Assembly: GCA_032718475.1 (NCBI GenBank)
Contig: JAUCBJ010007966.1
Coordinates: forward strand, 6,938 to 70,937
Direction of reading: 5' to 3'
Source of the DNA: Nemertoderma westbladi
Taxonomy: Eukaryota > Animalia > Xenacoelomorpha
DNA: 64,000 bases
In this document: positions 26,273 to 39,800 of the stretch, in pieces
Numbering within the stretch: the stretch's first letter is position 1
Layout of the letters: each line of letters starts with the position of its first letter
Notes under the pieces: generated by a model
Told to the model about the DNA's origin: nothing
The model's database searches: none
The model's input: only the letters and a program-made list of their open reading frames with translations
Program-made: the position numbers and the translations under genes

Positions 26273-27790
26273 AAGTCCTTGATGTAAACTACTATATTCG
26301 TTGAGATCCCCGATAAGTTGATATAATGTAACCAAATTACAAAAACATTGTATGAAAAGGGCTAATTGTGAAAGAAAAGACCCCCGTTTATTTATGTAAA
26401 CCACCATCACTGCGCTCACTCGAGTCATAACGCTCTAAATCTCTGCATTATTGATGTTATTGATTATTGGTGCAATATTGATGCATTACATATTTATCAA
26501 AAATATTTTGTTGCGAAAATATGTTATAACTTAATAGGACTTAATGTAAGTAAGATAAACCTATCGCTGTGTCAATGTTTGTGCAATATTATTAAGATTT
26601 TGAGAATCAATTATAACGGGATTTGGGGAGGGGGGGGGGGGGGGTTGTTGCAGTTGTACTTAAATAATGAACTATAATATGGAACAATGGTGCTGGAACC
26701 TATAAATAATTAAATAAGACAATGGAGCATAAAATATAATAAGCAAGAAATCAAACTAGGAGAATGCCAAGAGAAAGCCATTCAGTTTATTTTGTGAGCA
26801 ATGATAAGTTGTAATGTTAGTGGACAATAACTTGGCATAAACTTTTAATTAAACGTGGTTGCCAAAATGATGGATCCACATATTGTCTCCTCAGGCGTAA
26901 ATTTTGACCCAGTCAAAGTTTACAATGTAACAGAAAAAATGTAACAGAGAAATAATAATTAAAATTCAAACTTATTCTGCTCTTTATGTAAAGTGTCTGG
27001 ATTTCACATTGCTCTTTAACTCCTACTTCATTTACTTTAACTCCTAATTCATTTACTTTATTTCATGTCACTTACTTTATTGCCTGGGATTTGAAGTGAT
27101 ACTGCATGACAGTACTGCAGCTCGAAGAGGAAGAGTCGTATCTACCGGTTCCATCTATCAATAGCAGTACCACCGTCAATAGCTGCAGAAAATGGGAGAA
27201 CCTGTACCGTAACACCCGTGAGCAGGGAGTAGTGTAGGAAATCCAAATTAAAGAATAAAATTACGTGTTACATGAAACAAATTGCTTTTTATTTCCTTTG
27301 AGACGGTGGAGGGGGGGGGGGGGGGGGGGGGGGGTGATGTCAAATTATCAGTTAATTAAGGAAAGGAGCTGGTTATAGTGGCACGTTAATCTAACCTAAA
27401 AATGAGAGTCAACAGAACAGGTTACTGTTTTATTTACGGGAGTAATCAGCTCTTATTGGCAACGATTGCATTCAAAGCCCCTACTCCCCCCCCCCCCCCC
27501 CAAAAAAAAAAACTGACTGTAATCTTCCAAAATTTATATCTACTAAACAACCAAATTTTATCAACTTTGACAGAGAATTAGCCATTGCTGGGATATTGAC
27601 GTTCAACAACAAAGTCAGATGTTACAAGCATAACCAAGTAATATCCCCTTATTCCTAAATCATGGGTAAAAATATACGTATCGGACTACTTAATTAGACG
27701 CAACAAACATACTTAATCTGTATTAAGTATTAAGATATATAACAATAGATATTCAATTAATTAGTCCTTCCTACATTCACATATTTAATT

Positions 27791-30368
27791 AAACACAGCT
27801 AATAGGTTACATGGCCACGTTGGTGCATGGTTTATGTAACACAGCTAATAGGTTACATGGCCACGTTGGTGCATGGGTTATGTAACACAGCTAATAGGTT
27901 ACATGGCCACGTTGGTGCATGGTTTATGTAACACAGCTAATAGGTTACATGGCCACGTTGGTGCATGGTTTATGTAACACAGCTAATAGGTTACATGGCC
28001 ACGTTGGTGCATGGTTTATGTAACACAGCTAATAGGTTACATGGCCACGTTGGTGCATGGTTTATGTAACACAGCTAATAGGTTACATGGCCACGTTGGT
28101 GCATGGTTTATGTAACACAGCTAATAGGTTACATGGCCACGTTGGTGCATGGTTTATGTAACACAGCTAATAGGTTACATGGCCACGTTGGTGCATGGTT
28201 TATGTAACACAGCTAATAGGTTACATGGCCACGTTGGTGCATGGTTTATGTAACACAGCTAATAGGTTACATGGCCACGTTGGTGCATGGTTTATGTAAC
28301 ACAGCTAATAGGTTACATGGCCACGTTGGTGCATGGTTTATGTAACACAGCTAATAGGTTACATGGCCACGTTGGTGCATGGTTTATGTAACACAGCTAA
28401 TAGGTTACATGGCCACGTTGGTGCATGGTTTATGTAACACAGCTAATAGGTTACATGGCCACGTTGGTGCATGGTTTATGTAACACAGCTAATAGGTTAC
28501 ATGGCCACGTTGGTGCATGGTTTATGTAACACAGCTAATAGGTTACATGGCCACGTTGGTGCATGGTTTATGTAACACAGCTAATAGGTTACATGGCCAC
28601 GTTGGTGCATGGTTTATGTAACACAGCTAATAGGTTACATGGCCACGTTGGTGCATGGTTTATGTAACACAGCTAATAGGTTACATGGCCACGTTGGTGC
28701 ATGGTTTATGTAACACAGCTAATAGGTTACATGGCCACGTTGGTGCATGGTTTATGTAACACAGCTAATAGGTTACATGGCCACGTTGGTGCATGGTTTA
28801 TGTAACACAGCTAATAGGTTACATGGCCACGTTGGTGCATGGTTTATGTAACACAGCTAATAGGTTACATGGCCACGTTGGTGCATGGTTTATGTAACAC
28901 AGCTAATAGGTTACATGGCCACGTTGGTGCATGGTTTATGTAACACAGCTAATAGGTTACATGGCCACGTTGGTGCATGGTTTATGTAACACAGCTAATA
29001 GGTTACATGGCCACGTTGGTGCATGGTTTATGTAACACAGCTAATAGGTTACATGGCCACGTTGGTGCATGGTTTATGTAACACAGCTAATAGGTTACAT
29101 GGCCACGTTGGTGCATGGTTTATGTAACACAGCTAATAGGTTACATGGCCACGTTGGTGCATGGTTTATGTAACACAGCTAATAGGTTACATGGCCACGT
29201 TGGTGCATGGTTTATGTAACACAGCTAATAGGTTACATGGCCACGTTGGTGCATGGTTTATGTAACACAGCTAATAGGTTACATGGCCACGTTGGTGCAT
29301 GGTTTATGTAACACAGCTAATAGGTTACATGGCCACGTTGGTGCATGGTTTATGTAACACAGCTAATAGGTTACATGGCCACGTTGGTGCATGGTTTATG
29401 TAACACAGCTAATAGGTTACATGGCCACGTTGGTGCATGGTTTATGTAACACAGCTAATAGGTTACATGGCCACGTTGGTGCATGGTTTATGTAACACAG
29501 CTAATAGGTTACATGGCCACGTTGGTGCATGGTTTATGTAACACAGCTAATAGGTTACATGGCCACGTTGGTGCATGGTTTATGTAACACAGCTAATAGG
29601 TTACATGGCCACGTTGGTGCATGGTTTATGTAACACAGCTAATAGGTTACATGGCCACGTTGGTGCATGGTTTATGTAACACAGCTAATAGGTTACATGG
29701 CCACGTTGGTGCATGGTTTATGTAACACAGCTAATAGGTTACATGGCCACGTTGGTGCATGGTTTATGTAACACAGCTAATAGGTTACATGGCCACGTTG
29801 GTGCATGGTTTATGTAACACAGCTAATAGGTTACATGGCCACGTTGGTGCATGGTTTATGTAACACAGCTAATAGGTTACATGGCCACGTTGGTGCATGG
29901 TTTATGTAACACAGCTAATAGGTTACATGGCCACGTTGGTGCATGGTTTATGTAACACAGCTAATAGGTTACATGGCCACGTTGGTGCATGGTTTATGTA
30001 ACACAGCTAATAGGTTACATGGCCACGTTGGTGCATGGTTTATGTAACACAGCTAATAGGTTACATGGCCACGTTGGTGCATGGTTTATGTAACACAGCT
30101 AATAGGTTACATGGCCACGTTGGTGCATGGTTTATGTAACACAGCTAATAGGTTACATGGCCACGTTGGTGCATGGTTTATGTAACACAGCTAATAGGTT
30201 ACATGGCCACGTTGGTGCATGGTTTATGTAACACAGCTAATAGGTTACATGGCCACGTTGGTGCATGGTTTATGTAACACAGCTAATAGGTTACATGGCC
30301 ACGTTGGTGCATGGTTTATGTAACACAGCTAATAGGTTACATGGCCACGTTGGTCCATGGTTTATGTA
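27791..30368. repeat. 46-bp minisatellite (AACACAGCTAATAGGTTACATGGCCACGTTGGTGCATGGTTTATGT)n, about 56 near-identical copies
   Basis: Direct reading; variants seen only in the edge copies. Confidence 0.98.
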
Positions 30369-30866
30369 CCACATAACAAACATGCTTCCTCTTGGTTTAA
30401 TTGAAGCAGAAAGAAAGCACGATAATGTGTAATAAAGTAATTTTCTTAGATTGAATTAAATAAATAAACATACATTAATAATACTGTATTGAATGAGTAA
30501 TGAAGGTGTTGTTATTCGTAAGATTGTGTTTGGTGTGTGTAGTGTAGCAACACATATAGATTAGTTGTCATCATACAATTTCCAATTTATTGTTTATGAG
30601 ATTTCCCACGAAACACGCGCCATGTCGTTAATGACACTGCCACTCCATTACGAAATAATTAATGGATCTACTATACCATCACTCCATTGGTCAGGTTGAA
30701 TTCATTATAATGTTGTTAAAGCAGAGAGGGGTTAACTTCACACCTACATATAAGTGAGAGAATCGAATGGACCTGCATGGTTGTGCTTCTTGTGCTGAAA
30801 CCCGGCAACCTCCCTAAATATTAGATACCCACAGGGTAAGGAAGTGGAAGAAAGCCGGAAAACGGC

Positions 30867-30932
30867 GGACATTAGATCCCGGGGGACATTAGATCCCGCG
30901 GGACATTAGATCCCGCGGGACATTAATTCCCG
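30867..30932. repeat. Left remnant of the ~15-bp GGACATTAGATCCCG minisatellite
   Basis: About 4 copies with the same motif as the array at 31731-33077. Confidence 0.85.
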
Positions 30933-31731
30933 ACTACTACTACGATCGGCATGCTGCATTGCAGCTGCATTATATATATATATTACATATATATTAAAAA
31001 TGCTGTGCCGGCTTGTCGACAAAATAGCGCCGCCACAACTCCCTATCACCCATGACATTTGCTAGATCATCAGCATCTTCAAGGCCAGTGTCCTTTAAGA
31101 TGCGTCTCAAGAAAGTCATGGGCTGCCCACCCTGCTTATTCACTCCACGAGGCCGCCAAAGCACAATATTATGCACTGGCTGGTCTTCACGGCGAAAGTA
31201 ATGTCCTGCAAAGCGGAGGAGGCTTTGTTCTAGTGTCAAGCTTGGTGGAACCAATGAGACACCTCCAATGTTATATAGTGTCTGGTTGGAGATGTGTGCA
31301 TTGTACTTTACACAGTGAACCCGGCGTAACATTCTTGTAAATGTGCCATCCAGAGATTTGGTGTCCTCAGCAGTTAGAGCCCAGCATTGACTCCCAGCTG
31401 TTCTAAATAATCGGACCATAAGTTTCCGATTAATTCTGCGTGACTTCCTAATCCTGGAAAGCCCATTCAAGGCTGCCCATGCCTATCCCTTACGTATTCG
31501 AAGGTCCTCACCTGACTTCCGGATCCATGATTCCAGGTAACATAAGTCGTCCACATGCTCAAGCATACCATCCTTTAAGCTTATGCTCATCCGGTGCAAG
31601 GACTTGCTTGGTTGCTGAGGACTTTCAAAGTTAACTGTCAAAATTTTGGTCTTTTTGGGTTAACAAAAAGACCAACACTAGATGCAACCTGTTCTAATAA
31701 GCTGAGGAGCCGTTGGGCTTCCTCTAGTGAT
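30933..31731 (-). mobile_element. 5'-truncated RTE LINE copy inserted in the minisatellite
   Basis: ORF 30994..31470 (CWALT...LDGTFTRMLRRV...LRFAGH.FR...DRELWR) is the RTE-type RT C-terminus. Short (TAC)n tail; close match to 42091-42898. Confidence 0.9.
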
Positions 31732-33077
31732 ACTAGATCCCACAGGACATTAGATCGCGACGGTACTAGATCCCGGGGGACATTAGATCCCGACGGTACT
31801 AGATCCCGGGGGACATTAGATCCCGACGGTACTAGATCCCGCGGGACATTAGATCGCGACGGTACTAGATCCCACAGGACATTAGATCGCGACGGTACTA
31901 GATCCCGGGGGACATTAGATCCCGACGGTACTAGATCCCACAGGACATTAGATCGCGACGGTACTAGATCCCAACGGGACTTTCAATTCCGGAGGACATT
32001 AGATCCCGACGGTACTAGATCCCGGGGGACATTAGATCCCGACGGTACTAGATCCCGCGGGACATTAGATCGCGACGGTACTAGATCCCACAGGACATTA
32101 GATCGCGACGGTACTAGATCCCAACGGGACTTTCAATTCCGGAGGACATTAGATCCCGACGGTACTAGATCCCGGGGGACATTAGATCCCGAGGGTACTA
32201 GATCCCGCGGGACATTAGATCGCGACGGTACTAGATCCCGCGGGACATTAGATCCCGACGGTACTAGATCCCGCGGGACATTAGATCGCGACGGTACTAG
32301 ATCCCACAGGACATTAGATCGCGACGGTACTAGATCCCACAGGACATTAGATCGCGACGGTACTAGATCCCAACGGGACTTTCAATTCCGGAGGACATTA
32401 GATCCCGACGGTACTAGATCCCGGGGGACATTAGATCCCGACGGTACTAGATCCCGCGGGACATTAGATCGCGACGGTACTAGATCCCACAGGACATTAG
32501 ATCGCGACGGTACTAGATCCCAACGGGACTTTCAATTCCGGAGGACATTAGATCCCGACGGTACTAGATCCCGGGGGACATTAGATCCCGAGGGTACTAG
32601 ATCCCGCGGGACATTAGATCGCGACGGTACTAGATCCCGCGGGACATTAGATCGCGACGGTACTAGATCCCAACGGGACTTTCAATTCCGGAGGACATTA
32701 GATCCCGACGGTACTAGATCCCGGGGGACATTAGATCCCGAGGGTACTAGATCCCGCGGGACATTAGATCGCGACGGTACTAGATCCCAACGGGACTTTC
32801 AATTCCGGAGGACATTAGATCCCGACGGTACTAGATCCCGGGGGACATTAGATCCCGAGGGTACTAGATCCCGCGGGACATTAGATCGCGACGGTACTAG
32901 ATCCCAACGGGACTTTCAATTCCGGAGGACATTAGATCCCGACGGTACTAGATCCCGCGGGACATTAGATCGCGACGGTACTAGATCCCAACGGGACTTT
33001 CAATTCCCGGGGACATTAGATCCCGACGGGACTTTCAATTCCCGGGGACATTAGATCCCGACGGTACTAGATCCCGG
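31731..33077. repeat. Compound ~15-bp minisatellite (GGACATTAGATCSCG / ACGGTACTAGATCCC / GGGACTTTCAATTCC variants)
   Basis: Alternating variant monomers form 30- and 45-bp higher-order units; explains the TLDPDGTRSRG ORF. Confidence 0.95.
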
Positions 33078-33880
33078 GCCCAAGCTTGGCCTCGATTACA
33101 ACTCACCGATACTTCGTACAACACATTCTAAAGAAATATCTCTCCACACAACTGCCAATAAAAGACGCTTTTACAAACTTTTACATTGGTGATATCTTGA
33201 ATAAAGAGAATCCTTATACATTTAAATACAGAAAGAAGCGATATTGGATTTGATGCGGTTGAGCTGGGATCATACTTAGCGATAAATGTAGCATTAGCTT
33301 AGCTTTTAGCTGAATAATAACTGATGTCTTGTTGTACACTTCATGAGTATATTTTAGACTTTTATCAGTGCATCTGTACGACCATTTTATTATCATTCTT
33401 AAATCAATCATAGCCACCGGGACGTAAGCCGGGAATGAAATATAATATGAAATATTATCATATTTTACATATTATAATATGAAAATATGAAATATAACTA
33501 ATAAGTGGAAGTTGAATCTCATGGAGGCCATTATTTCAATCCCATATGAGAAGTGAGAGAAGTGAGATATGATTTCCCCTTTGAGATTCGATGTTGGATT
33601 GTTTAAAGTCTGAAAGGTTTACAGTTAATGTTAAAACTAAATTATTTTTATAATGTATAGAAAAATGATTATAATCCAGAAAGTATCATTACAATAACCA
33701 CATTTTTTAAGTTATAGAAAAGAAAAGACGTAACATAAAATTGACCTGTGAAAATGTATAACGAAATGTATTCAAAATTATGATTATAATTTAATACACC
33801 AAATATAAATGTTTAGAGAGAAAATCGACACTTGAGAAAAATAAACAATAAATAATTGATCATTACCAAAAATATCTTTA

Positions 33881-36800
33881 CTATGCAATGGGCAATAAAT
33901 CCCGACAGATTTGTTTGTCCCCTTTCTTCTTGTCGAACCATTTGGAACACGGGAATTTCCAGGTGTGATTGGTCGATAGATTGGTCACCTCAACTTTGTC
34001 TAAGAACCAAGCGGAACCCAAACCTGAATTATCGTGCTCAATTCGAACCTTCTGTAAATCGCCTAAGTCGACAAACTCAAGAACAAAGTCATCGACGTCA
34101 CCAGATTCAAACAAGTTTTTAGTTCTTTTATTAAGACGATGTTTTCCTGAATCTCCGTAGATGCCATATAAGGTAATATAAACCTTGGCGTCTGTGCCAG
34201 CGCCACTCTCAGTCCCCGTATAAACCACTATTCTGTACTTCACAGCTGCCAACGATCGCACGGCTTGCGTTCTACCCTCCTGAACTTTTGTGACGTCATA
34301 ATATCTCGCTTCTTTTCTAGAACGCGTGAGTGGTAGCCATGAGTTGACGAGGATGGTAGATTTCTCTCCCGTGGCGTTGTTCCCTACAACGACGTCGTAA
34401 CAATGCCACATACCTTCCCTTCCGGTTGGTTGTTTAACAGCAGGTCCGTCTTCCCTCTCTAAATGCCCCAGATAGATGCCTTGAATGCGCCCAACATTCT
34501 CGCATTGGAATTTAAACTCATCAGCCTGACCACGCTTAAGTACCTTCTTAATACTAGAATTTTCCAAAAGGAATTCTTTGGACTTTCTCAACTCGCCATC
34601 CAATATAATAAAGGCATTGTGAGAGGTAGACGCATCCTTTTTGTCTCCTGTTTGTACCATAATTTCGTACACAACTACAGCCTGCTCAGTTCCCAAAGCT
34701 CGTCCTTCGCAGGTTAATTCCCTCGTTATCTGTTTGTCTTCGTGAGTTTTACTAAGCCATTTGTCACAATGGAATTTGTATGGTTTGTTCAACCCTTCAT
34801 CCATAACTTCCATGGAATTAAGATGCCAAGAAGCCCCTAGACCGTGATTGTCATGCCAAACCCTGACCTTCATAAGCTCACCTAGACTGAGAATATCCTT
34901 AAAAGAAAACTCATCAGTATTATTTCTCTCAAACTTATTTCTATGCGTCAAAGAATCTTTAAGTTCCAGAACGTTGCTTTCACCATTCTCACCAAACAAT
35001 ATCATAGAAACATTAGCATCAGTACCGGCTCCCATCAAATCGGATGTTTTTACTGAGATCTTATAGGATGTTTTACCGACGATCTGTTTCCCACGTACTG
35101 ACGCTGGTAGTTCTTTCATTAAACTCTTTCCTTTTTTACTGAACCATTCACTACAATGGAACATTGTCATCTCGCCGGTGTCCGTGCTGCGGAGGGATAT
35201 CGATTCCAGGAACCATTCCAACCGTGATCCCTTTGTATCCATAATAACGCGCATCTTCCTCAAAGGAGCTATATCTTCTAATTCTAGTTTAATTATATCA
35301 ACTTTTGATCTTTCAAATCGATCCTCCCCCTTTTCAAGAGTAATAGGTTGCGTCGATCCATTAACTCCGAATATTTGTACAGTAATGTTGCAATCAGTTC
35401 CTGCGTTGTCCACATCGCCTGTGCGAACTGTCATCTCATAAGCTACTAATGCTTTGTAAGCTTTAAGTTGAGCATCAGTGACACTGAGGGTACGGGCAAT
35501 AAGACCATCTTCCTGGTTGACACTAAACCATCTCTTACAAGGGAAAACATAATTCTTTCCCGCAGTTGGCATATCAATTTCTATTTCCACTATATACCAA
35601 CCTTGTGACGTCATGACTCCATCGTGCCCGATTTCAATGGATTTAATTTCTCCGACGTCCGGAGCTTCAATACTGAACGTTTCGATGGAACCTCTTGCGA
35701 ACTTCGGTTTCTTTCCCTGCAATTCTAAGGGAAGTTTACCTGTCTTACGCTCCTCTGTTCCAAAAATATTAACAAATGCATTTGCGTTAGTATCAGCATC
35801 ATGTATATCACCTGTACTGATTTTGATGGTGTAAGGAATTGTAGGTCCTTCAAACACAGGAGCCTTAATTCTTGGGGAATCCCGCGACATAAGATCCCGC
35901 GCCGATTTAAGCGATCTAATGCTACCTATTGTCGATCTCCCAATGCTAGAGGTGTCACCTTCATGTCCCTTTATGTACAAAGACCTTTCTATCCTACCAT
36001 CATCTTTGTTCTTAGCAAGCCATCTCTCGCAATGGAATATATAACTCTCATTATCTCCATCCACTATGACAACTCTATCAAGATACCATGAAGGAGACAA
36101 TGAGGAGTTATCATGCCTAATTTTAATTTTGTACAACTTCCCAAGGTCAACAGCTTCTTGTGTAAAAATATCTTCCTGATTTCTTTCAAATTTGTTCATA
36201 TGCTTCTCACTCTTTACAAGTTTTCTCTCACCAGAATCTCCATTCTCTCCAAATATCGTTAAGAATACATTTGCATCACTCCCTGCACCAAATTTATCTC
36301 CGGTAAATATATGGATTTTATATTTTCGATTCTCCATTAATTGCCTATGTATTGGCTTTTCTGAAATTTTTCCGAATTTATCAACACTGCGTTCAATTAC
36401 TTCTCCAGGTACCAGCTCTCTAACAACAGCTCTATCATCCTCATCTTTAGCCAACCATCTGTTACAAGGGAATGTGTACACTTCTGAAAAACTAGGCTTC
36501 CCTTGCTTGGAGTGTTTAAGTTTCCTAACGACCACTTTGTTGAGCTTCCATCCAGCCCCCATTGAGGTATCGCTGTGACCTATGCGGAATTTTTCTATAG
36601 TATCCCCAACATCATCCATTTCTAATACAAATGTATCAACTGAATTTCTGTTAAACAAATCCTTTCTATCGCCTTTACGTGGGGCGAGGGATGTTTCCTG
36701 TGTCGCATTTTCTTTTCCAAATACAGCGACAAACACATCGGCGTCAGTGCCAGCCCCCATGGAGTCAGCTGTGTAGGTGGCGATTTCGTAAGGGACTTGC

Positions 36801-39800
36801 TTCTCGTATTGGATATTTTGAGATTCCACTGGGAATAACTCTCTTTCTATTTGAGCATCATCCTGGTCGGTAGCTAACCAGCGACCACAAGGGAAAACGG
36901 TTTTAGTACCAAGAGAAGGGCAATCTATTACAACGGTTTCAAGGAACCATCCCGGACCAACACCGGAATTGTCATGACCAACTTTTATTTTCTTAAGTTC
37001 CCCTAACCCTGCTGATTCAACAACAAAAATATCAGTCTGGGCTTTTTCAAATTTATTTTTGTGATTTCGGGTCGATTTTAAAAAGCATTTCCCTGAGTTG
37101 TCCTTCTCCCCATAAATGATTACGTAGACATTGGCATCAGTACCTGCCATGCTGCTGTTTCCTGTTGAAACATGAACATAATATGTATTCACTTGAGTCT
37201 TGAGTTCTAATCCAAGATTATTTTTGAGATTGTACGGGCTTTTAGGTGCAAGGCCTTTGGCATAATCGATTAGAGCTTTCTCCACAGGAACTAAATGCCT
37301 CATTAACTGCCCGTCATCTTCGTCAGTGGCGAGCCACCGCTGACATGGAAAATAAGTTGTTGTATTTGTATTCTTCTCAGTAACTTCAATACTATCCAGA
37401 AACCAAGCGCTCCCCACTCCAGAACCACTGTTTCTCGGTCTTATCCCTGTCAGTAATCCCAAATCAGCAGCATCAATTCGGAAGATATCATCATGACCTC
37501 GTTCGAATCGATTGATATGGCTGTCAGACCTCCACAGTTTTCGCTCACCAGTGTCCCCATGGTCACCATAAATGCAAACATATACATCGGCATCTGTGCC
37601 ACTATGGGATACATCCCCAGTGATTACCTTCACTGTGTATTCATTGTACGGGTTTCTCTGTAAGGGTCTGCCATCGGCACCAGTTGGAACTAATTCGCGA
37701 ACAATTTCACCGTCATCTTCCTTGGTGTCAAACCATCTTTCACAAGCAAAAGTATAATGAAGTTTTTCCAATTTCTCATTCCTTTCATCTTCGGTACACT
37801 GCTCATGCAATTTTGCTTTCTTGCGCTTTGGAGGTGTACGCAGTATTTGGACTTTTTCAAGAAACCATCCACAAGACATTCCTTTATCGTTATGGCCAAC
37901 TCGAATTTTATGAATATTTCCAACATCAATAGCTTCAATCTTAAATTTGTCCGTTGAATTTTGTTCGAAGTTATCTGTTCTGTTTCTAAGTGTAAATATT
38001 TCCGTTTTGTACTCTCGGCCATAAATTTGTATAAAGACATCAGCATCAGTACCCGAACCCAGTTTATCCCCAGTTTTCATAGTTATTTCGTATGGTATTC
38101 TGGCACGTCTCTGCTTCACTTCAGTAGGCAATACTTCTATCTCAATCAGCCCATCATCTTCTGATGTATCCAGCCATCTATGAGTTGAAAAAACATAGAG
38201 TTCACCTCTACTAGGGACATCAATCTCAGCTTTATCAAGATACCATCCTGATCCAGGATTAGATCCATCATGCCCAATTCTAATTTTCTCAATTTGTCCT
38301 ATGTCAGTTGCCTCCATCTTAAAAGTATCTATTCTTCCCCTTTCAAACTTGTTTCCAATTTTATTTTCCGATGATTCCAAATGCAGCATACCAGTATCGC
38401 CATCTTCACCAAAAACTTTAATACTAACATGAGCATCGGTACCTGCTCTCGTGACATCACCAGTTTTGACAGAAATATAATATGTTGTTGTCGCTAGCAA
38501 CAAAGATTCTCCTTCAGGAACTAGCTCTCTCACTATCTGCCCATCATCCTCATCTTTATCAAGCCATCTGTGGCAAGGGAATTCAATTCTTGTCTTAGCA
38601 TCAAATCCTTCTTGAACAATAATCTTATCCAGAAACCATCCAGCTCCGGCCCACTTCCCATCATGCCAAACACGCACTTTATTGATCTTTTTTAAATTAA
38701 CTGCCTCAATAGTATAAATATCAGTAGCGCCCTTTTCATGTTTGTTCAAATGTTCTGAGCTTTTTCGAAGCTCTCTTGGCCCAGTATCACCCTGTTCGCC
38801 AAAAATATTTACAAAGCAATGTGCATCTGTACCAGCACCAAACTTGTTACCAGTATAAACTTCAACCTGGTACTTTATAAGTTGTAAGGGTTTCTTAATA
38901 GTTGGTCCTTCCGCGGGCATCTCCCTGACAATAGAACCTTCTTCTTCATCATGGGAAAGCCAACGATTACACTTGAAAAAATATTTCTCATTGTCTGTCA
39001 TATTCTGCAACTCCACCTTATCCAGATGCCAACCTGCGTAAGTTCCACCATTGTCATGCCAAATACGGACTTTATAAGGCCTTCCTACATCGTCCCCTTC
39101 AACCTTAAAGTTATCAACAGACTTCGACTCAAAATTATCCGACCTATTATTAAGGCCAATATCATCTGTATGCCCCTTATCGCCGTAAATACACATGTAT
39201 ACATTCGCATTGGTACCAGCCATTCTTTTATCAGAGGTGTAAATAGTCGCATACCAGATATTCTTTGCCCGCATAGTCTTTCTCATTGATATCCTCTCAA
39301 ACAAGTCTCGCTCTATCAATCCATCGCCTTCACTAGTGGCAAACCATTTATCTGCTATGAAATACTGTTCGATTCCTGTAGATGGGCAGAAGACAATGAT
39401 TTTATCGCAGAACCAACCTGGTCCTGCACCACTATTATCATGGCCAACTGTTATCCGCGTACAAGGACTTAGCTTTCCAACCACATCCAAATTAAATATA
39501 TCTGTTCTTCCTCTTTCAAACTTCCCTGATTCCAAGTACAATTTCCCACTATTTTCTTCAACAGTGCCAACTTTCCCCTCGATCTTCTTCTTTACATCAC
39601 CATAAAGAATAACAAAGACCCGAGCCGATGTGGCCGCATTCATAACATCACCAGTAATTGCAGTTATCTTATACGGGATGCCCATGGGTGGACCTCCAGC
39701 TTTACCACCCAATACAAGATCTCTCTGTATGCGTCCATCACCTTCGTCCTTTGCGAACCATTGACCGCACGGGAATTCGTAGACTCTACCCACAGTAATG

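Noticed and set aside
27100-27240. Possible small exon (upstream MATCAP exon or 43-aa ORF)
   Set aside because: An acceptor-like CCCATTTTCTGCAG exists on minus, but there is no recognisable homology or unambiguous frame.
26626-27512. Poly-G and poly-C tracts as regulatory G4 elements
   Set aside because: Simple homopolymers of unreliable length with no supporting context.
31594-33054. 486-aa TLDPDGTRSRG repeat protein
   Set aside because: Starts antisense within an RTE fragment and reads through a minisatellite whose units are multiples of 3.
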